Below are positions 18,484 through 27,296 of a DNA stretch of 64,000 nucleotides, piece after piece. The first letter of the stretch is position 1, and the number at the start of each line of letters is the position of its first letter. Below the pieces are notes generated by a model. That model had not been told where the DNA came from. It saw only the letters and a program-made list of their open reading frames with translations, and did no database searches. Both the position numbers and the translations under genes were made by a program. The DNA is from a bacterium (GTDB taxonomy: Bacteria; Babelota; Babeliae; Babelales; UBA12409), in assembly GCA_021823685.1 (NCBI GenBank), contig JAKANL010000001.1:38831-102830 (forward strand), in the 5' to 3' direction.

Positions 18484-19908
18484 TTAATGGATCATTTTGG
18501 CCGATTTTTTAACCGGGCAAACACCCATGCCGATGTAGGTAAAGCCGTTCTGTTCGGCGGTTGCGCGATCTATGATATTGCGCAAATCGAGCAGGCGTTT
18601 GGTGCGGCAAGCTTGCGCCAGGTTGGCGACATTGAGCGTTTTAAATTCATTCCATTCCGTGATGATTACGATTAAATCAGCTCCTTGTACGGCTGCTTCA
18701 AGGGTAGGGCCATAACTGACTTGTGGGAACAGCGTGCGCATATTATCCATGCCCTGCGGATCATAGGCACTTACGTGTGCATTGTGGGCTAATAAGTACG
18801 CAATGGCATCAATGGCGAACGAATCGCGGATGTCATCAGTGTTTGCCTTGAAGGCGAGGCCGAGTAATGCTACTTTTTTGTCGGTAAAATCACCGATGAG
18901 TTTATCGATTTGTTTGAGAATTGCTTTTTTGTGAGCGACGTTCGAGCGATAAATAGCGTTAATGAGCGTGGCGCCAATTTTTTTGTTTTTCATGATATAA
19001 GCCAGTGCTTTGGTGTCTTTAGGAAAACACGAACCGCCAAATCCGGGTCCAGGGACCAAAAATGCTGTTCCAATACGTTTATCCATGCCCATGCCAGCAG
19101 CAACGTCGAGTACATTGGCGCCTACTTTATCGCACAGGCGTGCCATTTCATTAATAAACGTTATGCGTGTGGCCAACATGGCGTTAGATGCGTATTTGAT
19201 TAATTCTGATGTCTCAAGTGACGTGATTAAGTATGCAGAGCCTTTATCGATAAGCGGCTGATAGAGCGATTTGATAATTGTCGTTGCCCGGGGGTTGCCG
19301 CCGATAATAATGCGATCGGGGTTCAGCGAGTCTTGGACGGCCGTTCCCTCACGGAGAAATTCTGGATTTGAGACAATGTCGAACAAATCTTTGTTAATGC
19401 CCTTGGCAATGAGCGCATCTCGAACGTGAGCACAGGTGCCGACGGGTACCGTGCTTTTGATGCAAATAATTTTGTAGCTTGTAATTGCTTTGGCTAAATC
19501 TTCAACAACCGCATCGATGGCGCGTAGATCGGCGGCACCGTTTTTCGACATCGGTGTGCCAACGGCTATAACAATGATCGATGCTCGTTGCATATGTGAG
19601 AGGACATCCGTGGAAAACGTGAGGCGACCGCTTTTAATTGGTTCCTGCAGCAGTTGTTCGAGTCCCGGTTCAAAAATAGGCAGCCTTCCGTTGTTGATTT
19701 GTGCAATCTTTTCTGAAAGTACGTCGACGCATGCTACATGATTACCAAAAGAGCTTAGAATGCCTGCTGTTGGGAGTCCAACGTATCCCGTGCCAACGAT
19801 GCAAACACGCGGTTTTTCGGGCGCTTGTTCATCGCTATAACTATTAAAAACGGTGGTCGAAAGTAGGGTGCATAACAACATATATGAAACTTGAGGGAAA
19901 CGGCACAT
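18484..19908 (-). CDS. UDP-glucose/GDP-mannose dehydrogenase-family enzyme (UDP-glucose 6-dehydrogenase-like)
   Basis: Rossmann motif VCIVGTGYVGLP and catalytic GFGGSCFPKDTKAL. AAAGGAG (19922..19916) lies 7 nt before ATG 19908. About 30 aa of hydrophobic leader (MLLCTLLSTTVF) precede the Rossmann fold. Confidence 0.8.
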   Translation of the reverse strand: MCRFPQVSYMLLCTLLSTTVFNSYSDEQAPEKPRVCIVGTGYVGLPTAGILSSFGNHVACVDVLSEKIAQINNGRLPIFEPGLEQLLQEPIKSGRLTFSTDVLSHMQRASIIVIAVGTPMSKNGAADLRAIDAVVEDLAKAITSYKIICIKSTVPVGTCAHVRDALIAKGINKDLFDIVSNPEFLREGTAVQDSLNPDRIIIGGNPRATTIIKSLYQPLIDKGSAYLITSLETSELIKYASNAMLATRITFINEMARLCDKVGANVLDVAAGMGMDKRIGTAFLVPGPGFGGSCFPKDTKALAYIMKNKKIGATLINAIYRSNVAHKKAILKQIDKLIGDFTDKKVALLGLAFKANTDDIRDSFAIDAIAYLLAHNAHVSAYDPQGMDNMRTLFPQVSYGPTLEAAVQGADLIVIITEWNEFKTLNVANLAQACRTKRLLDLRNIIDRATAEQNGFTYIGMGVCPVKKSAKMIH

Positions 19909-19995
19909 ACACGAACTCCTTTGTATAATTTGATAAAAAATCACGAACGGTTTACACAAAGTCTCGCATTGATGCCAAGAAATTTTTTATTTTTC

Positions 19996-20072
19996 TGGGG
20001 TGAGTGGTGGGAGTTGAACCCACGACCCTCAGAGCCACAATCTGATGCTCTACCAACTGAGCTACACTCACC
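19996..20072 (-). tRNA. tRNA-His (anticodon GUG) with encoded G-1 and CCA
   Basis: Reverse complement is G-GTGAGTG...TCAGA-TTGTGGC-TCTGA...GTGGG-TTCAACT-CCCAC-CACTCAC-C-CCA. The extra 5' G opposite discriminator C is the His identity feature. Confidence 0.9.
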
Positions 20073-20104
20073 ATTACACTGTTTTTAGTATACGCAAAGT
20101 GGGG

Positions 20105-21136
20105 TCAAAACGCAAAGAGCTCTTGGAGATCTTTTTCTGGTTCAATGAACTGGTTTGCCAGATATGCATAAAGGGCGGGCATATTTTTGTCGTTTTTGCT
20201 GTGCTCGAACGGCGTCACGAGGGCGGTGGATGGTACATGGCTGGCGCAGATCCAGAGGCGATTGAATTTATCGAGTGGGACGAGTTTATCGTCCGAACCG
20301 TGTAAAAAAAGAATCGGCGTATCGCGTAGTTGCTTGAGGGTATCGCCAATATCAATGGCTGGTAAGGTCAGCCAACAGAGGCCGTATACCGGCAGATAGC
20401 AGATGCGCGTAAGAATTTTGAGTACAAGCGGGGCGCCTCCTTTGCCCCAGCGCCATAGCAGATAGGGATCTTTAATAATCGCATCAGCAAAAGCATCCAG
20501 TGAGAGCCAACAGCTATCCAAAATGAGTTTGTCAAAACATGCGGTGCCATCTTTTTGTGCTTGCCTTTGGGCAAGAACAAAGAGCCCGGCGCCAAAGCAT
20601 ACGCCGTGACCAATGACGCGTTTATACCCGTGTTGGTGGGCATAGGCAAGTATTGCTGCCACATCTTTTGTGCAATCAAGAATGATTGTTGTGAAGGGGT
20701 GGAGAATCGTTTGTTGACGATGAAAGTAGTTGGGTTGTGCCCAGCGAAAATCAAAAAGTATGACGTCGCAGTGTTCAAAAAGAGCCGTTGCGTTGATCAT
20801 GACTTCTTTGTTTGTGGGGAATCCGCCAGCGGTGATGACCAGCGTTGGGGATCCCCGTTTGAGGTGATATGCCTCTATCGCGCATTTATCTGCGGTTTCA
20901 AGCGTTATTTTTTGTGCGCCCAGTTTGATAAGTTCGGTGCGTGCTTTGGATAGGCTTAAGCGAATGTTGTTCGTACAACATGGGTTTCGGGGTACGTGGC
21001 CATAGTGGTTTTGAGCGTATTCTATTACGCTTTGGGGAAGGGGTGCATCGCAGGAGCCGTGTCTTTTGATTGTGTAATCATGCGCGTGGCACGTTGATAC
21101 GATTAAATAAATAGTGGCGACAATTCGTAGAGTCAT
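20105..21136 (-). CDS. secreted alpha/beta hydrolase with Cys in the nucleophile-elbow position
   Basis: Signal peptide MTLRIVATIYLIVSTCHA, nucleophile elbow GHGVCFGAG (G-x-C-x-G), then LHGSDDKLVP and FEHSKND as candidate Asp and His. Confidence 0.6.
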   Translation of the reverse strand: MTLRIVATIYLIVSTCHAHDYTIKRHGSCDAPLPQSVIEYAQNHYGHVPRNPCCTNNIRLSLSKARTELIKLGAQKITLETADKCAIEAYHLKRGSPTLVITAGGFPTNKEVMINATALFEHCDVILFDFRWAQPNYFHRQQTILHPFTTIILDCTKDVAAILAYAHQHGYKRVIGHGVCFGAGLFVLAQRQAQKDGTACFDKLILDSCWLSLDAFADAIIKDPYLLWRWGKGGAPLVLKILTRICYLPVYGLCWLTLPAIDIGDTLKQLRDTPILFLHGSDDKLVPLDKFNRLWICASHVPSTALVTPFEHSKNDKNMPALYAYLANQFIEPEKDLQELFAF

Positions 21137-21253
21137 GTGCGTTGATTCGCGCTTAACAAAACCGGCATTTTTTGATACAATTTTAAGTATAAACACTTTT
21201 GCTAAAAAATAAATCTTTTCAAAGCGTACAAGTTAACGTAGATCATAAAAGAT

Positions 21254-23824
21254 ATGGAAACAAAGCACCGCGGTGCTATTTGCGTCTTCGGGGCGCGGGA
21301 GCACAACCTAAAAAATATCTCAGTCGAGATTCCAAAAGAATCTTTGACGATTATTACTGGCCCATCTGGATCGGGCAAAAGTACCTTGGCGCTCGATATT
21401 TTATACGCCGAAGGCAAACGTCGTTATATTGAATCGCTTTCTTCGTACGCGCGTCAATTTTTAGGGGCAGCGGGCAAGCCAGACGTTGATCGTATTGTTG
21501 GGCTGTGCCCATCGATTGCCATTGAACAAAAAACGGTGAGTATGAATCCCCGTTCTACGGTTGGTACTATCACTGAAATTTATGATTATCTACGCGTGCT
21601 TTTCGCACGCCTTGGCAAACCGCATTGTCCGCAGTGCGGGAAACGCATCAGCCAGGAGTCACCTGAAAACATTAGGCACCTACTCTATAACCAATTTTTA
21701 GATCAATACGTAACGATTGCCGCTCCGCTTGCGCACGAGCGTAAAGGCGAATTTTCCAATGTGCTTGCGCAGCTTTTTGCTCAGGGGTATTTTCGTTTTC
21801 GCATTGATGGCCAACAACATCGTTTCCAATCGCCTGATGAACTTAAGGCGCTCAATCTTAAGAAAACATTTAAACACACCGTTGATGTGCTTATTGACCA
21901 CGTCCAGGTAACCGGAGAGGAAAAGCAGCGTGTTGAAGAGGGTATTGAAAAAGCGTTTGCGTTGGGTTCCGGCAGTGCCAAAATTATTGTTGGTAGTACC
22001 GAATTTGTTTATTCATCACAGCGTATGTGTATTGATTGTACGTTATCGTTTCCTGAGTTAGAGCCGCGTTTGTTTTCGTTTAATTCTCCGATTGGCGCCT
22101 GCACAACCTGCCATGGTATCGGACAAATTCATAATTGGCCATGGCAAGAAAATGATCCTAATGCCTGGAAGGCTGAGTACCCAGAATTTTTCGGCACATA
22201 TGCCACTATTTTTACCTGTGCAGCGTGTAACGGTAAACGATTAAATCCACATGCGTTGGCGGTTACTATTGGCGATTGTTCGATCGATGATCTAGCACAA
22301 ATGCCCATCAAGCGTTTATTACCGTGGTTTAAGGCGTTAACGTTGCCTGAACATGAAGAACAAATTGCGCGCACACTTCTTAAAGAAATAGTAAATCGGT
22401 TAACATTTTTAGATGACGTTGGGCTTGCGTATTTAACGCTGGGGCGCGGATCGAGAACGCTTTCTGGCGGTGAAGGCCAACGTATTCGTCTGGCTACACA
22501 AATAGGTTCGGCTTTATCTGGCGTGCTCTATATTTTGGATGAACCAAGTATTGGCTTGCACCAACGCGATAACGATCGATTGATTACTACATTGCGCTCG
22601 CTGCGCGATCAGGGCAATACCGTGCTGGTGGTTGAACATGATATTGATACTATTAAGGCGGCTGACCATGTGATTGATATGGGGCCTGCTGCCGGCGTTC
22701 ATGGCGGGCAGGTGTGTGCCTTTGGTGCACCGCATGAACTTGCCAATAATGAACAGTCCCTTACTGGGGCATATCTAGCTGGCCGGCGCGCAATAGCAAT
22801 TCCTGATATGCGGCGATCGCCGCGTTCATGGTTGACGCTGCGTGGTGCACGAGCCAATAATTTATGCATCGATGAGCTCAAGGTACCGCTCGGCGTTCTT
22901 TGTGGGGTATCCGGGGTTTCTGGATCGGGCAAAAGTAGTTTGGTTATGGAAGAATTGGTTCCGGCCGTGCATCGGGCGCTCACCCGTCCGGGAAAAATGG
23001 GTGAACATATTTCCATGCCCGAAGGAAGTATTGAAGGGTGTGAGGCGTTATTAAATTGCGTGGTGGTAGACCAATCTCCCATCGGCCGCACGCCACGATC
23101 AAATCCTGCCACGTATTTGGGTATTTTTGATGATATACGCGACCTTTTCGCTGGATTGCCCGAAAGTAAAGCGCGTGGATACGGGCCGGGGCGGTTTAGT
23201 TTTAACGTGGCCGATGGCCGCTGTTTTGAATGCCAGGGCGATGGCGAAATTACGGTAAGCATGCACTTTTTGCCCGATATCACCGTTGCGTGCAAATCAT
23301 GCAAAGGGCGGCGTTATAATGCCCAGACCCTGGAAATCACCTACAAAGGCAAAAATATTTATGACGTTTTATCCATGACGGCCAGTCAGGCGCGGGCATT
23401 TTTTGGTGCGCATACGCCGCTGCTAAAGCGATTACAGCTTTTGTGTGAAGTTGGCTTGGATTATGTTGCGCTGGGGCAGCCGGCAACGACATTGTCGGGC
23501 GGCGAGGCGCAGCGAGTTAAATTGGTCAAGGAGCTGGCCAAACGTGGTTCGCGAACATTATATATTTTAGACGAGCCGACAACGGGGCTACATAATAGTG
23601 ATATTGAAAAATTGCTTGCCGTTCTTAATCGTTTAATTGATAAGGGAAATTCGGTTATTACGATTGAGCATAATCTAGATTTTTTGAAAACCGTTGATTA
23701 TTTGATCGATCTGGGGCCAGAAGGCGGCGACGAGGGTGGGCGTGTGGTTGCCATCGGAACACCACATCAAATTGCCAAAGAGAAAAAAGGCCATACGAGC
23801 CGCTATCTTGCGCATTATTTTTAG
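21254..23824 (+). CDS. uvrA: excinuclease ABC subunit A (short form)
   Basis: Two ABC modules (GPSGSGKST / LSGGEGQR; GVSGSGKSS / LSGGEAQR) and zinc modules (CPQC, CIDC, CTTC, CAAC, CFEC..CKSC). At 856 aa it is about 85 aa shorter than typical UvrA. Confidence 0.9.
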   Translation: METKHRGAICVFGAREHNLKNISVEIPKESLTIITGPSGSGKSTLALDILYAEGKRRYIESLSSYARQFLGAAGKPDVDRIVGLCPSIAIEQKTVSMNPRSTVGTITEIYDYLRVLFARLGKPHCPQCGKRISQESPENIRHLLYNQFLDQYVTIAAPLAHERKGEFSNVLAQLFAQGYFRFRIDGQQHRFQSPDELKALNLKKTFKHTVDVLIDHVQVTGEEKQRVEEGIEKAFALGSGSAKIIVGSTEFVYSSQRMCIDCTLSFPELEPRLFSFNSPIGACTTCHGIGQIHNWPWQENDPNAWKAEYPEFFGTYATIFTCAACNGKRLNPHALAVTIGDCSIDDLAQMPIKRLLPWFKALTLPEHEEQIARTLLKEIVNRLTFLDDVGLAYLTLGRGSRTLSGGEGQRIRLATQIGSALSGVLYILDEPSIGLHQRDNDRLITTLRSLRDQGNTVLVVEHDIDTIKAADHVIDMGPAAGVHGGQVCAFGAPHELANNEQSLTGAYLAGRRAIAIPDMRRSPRSWLTLRGARANNLCIDELKVPLGVLCGVSGVSGSGKSSLVMEELVPAVHRALTRPGKMGEHISMPEGSIEGCEALLNCVVVDQSPIGRTPRSNPATYLGIFDDIRDLFAGLPESKARGYGPGRFSFNVADGRCFECQGDGEITVSMHFLPDITVACKSCKGRRYNAQTLEITYKGKNIYDVLSMTASQARAFFGAHTPLLKRLQLLCEVGLDYVALGQPATTLSGGEAQRVKLVKELAKRGSRTLYILDEPTTGLHNSDIEKLLAVLNRLIDKGNSVITIEHNLDFLKTVDYLIDLGPEGGDEGGRVVAIGTPHQIAKEKKGHTSRYLAHYF

Positions 23825-23938
23825 GCCGGTGCGCGCTTCTTTTTTTGCTTAAAAAACAAAATTGCCGTAAACTTAAACCATAGAAAGGGGCTTTTTGGGG
23901 TCCCCTGTTTTGTCTGAAATTGTCTGGAGTTTTGTTTA

Positions 23939-25246
23939 ATGATTAATCAATCAGCGCGCGTGCGCGGCATAATCGTGTTGGCTGGAAGTTTGTGGGTGTC
24001 CGGGGCTTGTGCCGATAATGGGCTCGGATTGGATCGTTTGCTTCTGGGAATGGGGGCTACGGAATATAATAAGCTTACATTTTTACAAACCATTTACGTG
24101 GGCTGCATGAGCGGCATGAGTGATTTTATTCATCATTATTTTCTTGATGCTGGGGCTGCCGTCGTAGGCAAATTGCAAGAAGCCAACCATGTCGTAGGCA
24201 CGCTGTTAAAGCGTAATATTCGCGGAAGTGCCAGCTTTGAAGTTGAAGAATTGATGGGCGCGCGCTGGATGATCGATCGCAATAAAGAACGTTTTTGTGA
24301 TATGGCCAAGGGCGCAAAAGTGGTGCGTGCGCATGTATTAGAATTGCAGCCTACTTCCCCGTCGGGTCAGCCATCAGAACCAGGCGCGCAACCAACCCAG
24401 CCAGTGATAGCTACCCAGCCATTTAGTATTGCCATGATCAAGCGCGATATTGATTATCTTACTGATTATCTAGAATTACGGCTGCCAACCTACCAAAGTA
24501 AGATTGTTCAGAAACGCGTGATTGAAAAAGTTCTTGATCGGTCAGCCGCCGTTGGATTAGGCGTTGCCGGCCTTTGGGCTACCTATGCATGGTTGTGTTG
24601 GCTTAATCCTGCTGGAAAAAGTTCGCCGATGGATCAGCTTAGTTTAGAGGCTTTGCGTGGTGAACAAGCGTTAAATGGCTTTAAAGCGCTGACGGGCAAC
24701 CCCGATGCTTTACGATTGTTCAAAGAAGATCATGCGACGGCAGCGGCGATTCATAGCGCGGCGCAAGCTGTGGCCAGTCAAGTAGCAACATTGACGGCGC
24801 GAACGGTAGTAAATGCTCCCGTTGTTCAACCTGTGGTTGCTGGGATGCCTGCGTGGAAAAATTGGCGGGTGTATGTTCCGTGCACCATTGCCGCACTATC
24901 GTTGGCGCGATTGGGTCACTGGGTGTGTTCGCCACGCGCGGCAGTTGCCTTTGATCAGTTGAGCTTGATGGATCGAGCTGCTATTGCGCATTTAACACAG
25001 CAATTAATCAGCAGTTTGAAGCATTTATCTATGTTATGCCAAAATATCAACAATGATAATGATATTGCGCGCGCCAAAGATGAATTTGAGGGAATCAGTA
25101 AGCAGTGTAGCGAGATGTTGGTGCAAATCGCCTATAACATTGATGCCGAACGCGCCGTGAAATTGCGTGGATGGGGCAAGCCTGGTCAGAATGCACAGTC
25201 ATTAACGCAAGCGTTGGCCGGTATGGGCGGCATGCCACATCTATAA
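23939..25246 (+). CDS. hypothetical exported/membrane protein (orphan operon gene 1)
   Basis: Signal-like N-terminus IIVLAGSLWVSGAC, a Pro/Gln-rich linker and the internal hydrophobic segment AAVGLGVAGLWATYAWLCWL. No family recognised. Confidence 0.65.
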   Translation: MINQSARVRGIIVLAGSLWVSGACADNGLGLDRLLLGMGATEYNKLTFLQTIYVGCMSGMSDFIHHYFLDAGAAVVGKLQEANHVVGTLLKRNIRGSASFEVEELMGARWMIDRNKERFCDMAKGAKVVRAHVLELQPTSPSGQPSEPGAQPTQPVIATQPFSIAMIKRDIDYLTDYLELRLPTYQSKIVQKRVIEKVLDRSAAVGLGVAGLWATYAWLCWLNPAGKSSPMDQLSLEALRGEQALNGFKALTGNPDALRLFKEDHATAAAIHSAAQAVASQVATLTARTVVNAPVVQPVVAGMPAWKNWRVYVPCTIAALSLARLGHWVCSPRAAVAFDQLSLMDRAAIAHLTQQLISSLKHLSMLCQNINNDNDIARAKDEFEGISKQCSEMLVQIAYNIDAERAVKLRGWGKPGQNAQSLTQALAGMGGMPHL

Positions 25247-25295
25247 GATTGATGTGCGGTACGTGAAAAGTAATGGGATGTACGGAGGTTTTTGC

Positions 25296-26447
25296 ATGGT
25301 GCGTTCGATTTGTTTGTGGGCTGTTCTTTTGGTTGCTAGCGTAGTACACGCCGATGCGCCGAGAACATCAATCAAGACTTTAGACGATTCAGTGCTTACG
25401 CTGGCCGAAGAAGCGGTCAAGAAAGATTTTGATGGTATTTATGTGCAGCGCAGGCGTGTAACGGCTTGTGCGGCCACGGCGGCGCTTGCCGTGGGGGCCG
25501 TATGTGCCTATCGCTGGGCGCGCGGTTCAACTGCGCATAAAATAACCCTTGATGCGAAAGCGCTCGATAAAATTAACGAAATTATTCACGATTCAGGCAA
25601 AACTTTCAGCGAAAATAAACCGGACACCCAGGCGCAGCCTGCGCAGGAACATGAGAGTATCGGCAAGCGTATGCTCTCGTGGGTCAAGACAAATTTTGTT
25701 GGGGAAAAGGCACATGGCAGTTTGCCGGCCGATCCAAAGATGGGCGGCATGGTCAAAAGAAGTTTGTTATGGGCCGGCGAGGGTCTTTTTGGTCTTTCAA
25801 AATTGCTTGTGTTGCCGCTGGCATTTAATGGGGTTGCGCAATTTGCGATGGAGCGCGCCATGCGTTTTTACCGCACATTAGATTGGGCGTGGTTATTGAG
25901 TTCGCGAACGCATTTGCCGACTTATTTTGATCAGTTGAAAGCTGCTGCAGCCGTGCTTGATGCGCGTTCAACGCTTTTTGAAACATGTGCGCACATCACC
26001 ATTAATGCTGACCAGAGTGTTGCTACGCGTGGTGATACGCAGGTGTGGCCAATGGCTTCGTTGGATGAAATTCTGCGCTTAAAAACAATTGCGCAACGTG
26101 GCAGTGTTGCAGATTTCGATCCGACGCTTTATGAAAATCAGCTTATTCGTTTATGGAACGCCTATATTGATGCGCTTGCTTATGCCGTTGCTTTTGTGCG
26201 TTACGGCATGGCACACCATGCCGATGCATCATACTTTGATAAAAATCAAGCGCAGACCTTTGTCGATGATGTGATTGTGCATACGCGTGCTGTCGCCGCG
26301 CAATTGCCGGCGCTCATTGATGCATGCGTGGTCAAACGATCACAACCAACATCAGCTGGATTGCTTGCGTGTATGCATGAGTATACGTATACCGTGCAAC
26401 GAAACTGTTCAGACCTAGAATTCAATGAGATTGTGCAGGGAGGGTGA
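25296..26447 (+). CDS. hypothetical exported/membrane protein (orphan operon gene 2)
   Basis: MVRSICLWAVLLVASVVHA signal peptide and a second hydrophobic segment ACAATAALAVGAVCAY. The ORF opens at 25254, 8 nt after gene 1. Confidence 0.65.
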   Translation: MVRSICLWAVLLVASVVHADAPRTSIKTLDDSVLTLAEEAVKKDFDGIYVQRRRVTACAATAALAVGAVCAYRWARGSTAHKITLDAKALDKINEIIHDSGKTFSENKPDTQAQPAQEHESIGKRMLSWVKTNFVGEKAHGSLPADPKMGGMVKRSLLWAGEGLFGLSKLLVLPLAFNGVAQFAMERAMRFYRTLDWAWLLSSRTHLPTYFDQLKAAAAVLDARSTLFETCAHITINADQSVATRGDTQVWPMASLDEILRLKTIAQRGSVADFDPTLYENQLIRLWNAYIDALAYAVAFVRYGMAHHADASYFDKNQAQTFVDDVIVHTRAVAAQLPALIDACVVKRSQPTSAGLLACMHEYTYTVQRNCSDLEFNEIVQGG

Positions 26448-27286
26448 TCATGCTCCGCAACGCATTTTTGTGCGGTTGTTTATTGTGTGGTGTGCATTAC
26501 GCGTGTGCCGTAGATGACGAAAATTCTGCTCAATTATCGCGTGCGTTGAGCGCACACAGTTTGTGTCCGACAGACCGCGAAAATGTGCGGGAATCGGTGC
26601 GTGGAGTGCAGTCATTTGCCAACGACATAACCCATTTTTATTGTTCGTCAGGATGGATTTGTAAGGCGTTTTCTCAGATGAGCGTCCCGGTATTTTCATT
26701 GTGTTGGCAGCAGGTCGCCAGCCTTATCGGGTCACCTGAGCAACGTTGGTTTTACGCGCACGAAAATGATCTGACGTACGTGCAGCGCCTGAATACCCAT
26801 TATCGAACGTATGAAGATTTTATGCGCGGTAGCATTGAGGTTGAGTGGTTAAAGCAGTGTGCTGAGTATCACGCCTTTATTGAGAAACATTTAATAAATG
26901 ACAATCAAATAATCGATTTAGATCCGGAGCTTGAAAAGAGTCCTGATTTTGACCGATCGCTTGAAGTCGGCGTGTCTGAAGTCGTGTGGGGTATGGCGGG
27001 CGAGGCAACGGCGGCATTTTATGCATTTTATTTTGAGTGTTTGATTAACGTTATCTACAAAAAACTTGCCTTTGTTGATTCTGAGAAAGATTCAGCGTGG
27101 GTATATTTGGCGTCGGTATTGCAGGACAAACAAACGTTAAAAAATATTTATACGATTTGTGTGCATAAAATCAAGCAACTAACGCCAGAGCAGTCACGTG
27201 CATTTGCGTACAATTATCGTCGTGTGGATGAAGTGCTCGCAACGGTTTTATGCGATATGGTACGGCCCCTTAAAGATTCAGATTAG
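26444..27286 (+). CDS. hypothetical exported protein (orphan operon gene 3)
   Basis: GTG 26444 overlaps the gene 2 stop (GTGA), suggesting translational coupling. Signal peptide is MLRNAFLCGCLLCGVHYACA; the protein is Cys-rich and helical. Confidence 0.65.
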   Translation: MIMLRNAFLCGCLLCGVHYACAVDDENSAQLSRALSAHSLCPTDRENVRESVRGVQSFANDITHFYCSSGWICKAFSQMSVPVFSLCWQQVASLIGSPEQRWFYAHENDLTYVQRLNTHYRTYEDFMRGSIEVEWLKQCAEYHAFIEKHLINDNQIIDLDPELEKSPDFDRSLEVGVSEVVWGMAGEATAAFYAFYFECLINVIYKKLAFVDSEKDSAWVYLASVLQDKQTLKNIYTICVHKIKQLTPEQSRAFAYNYRRVDEVLATVLCDMVRPLKDSD

Positions 27287-27296
27287 GAAAGGCGAG

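Noticed and set aside
18292-18675. 127-aa + ORF spanning tRNA-Pro; likewise ORFs 19891..20088 and 20045..20305 across tRNA-His
   Set aside because: They read through tRNA genes and into the antisense of the dehydrogenase and hydrolase genes, so they are artefacts.
27198-27296. Upstream extension of the 956-aa ORF overlapping gene 3 by 89 nt
   Set aside because: ATG 27297 has a GGAAAGG RBS, sits 11 nt after the gene 3 stop, and begins the hydrophobic anchor. The extension encodes no plausible sequence.
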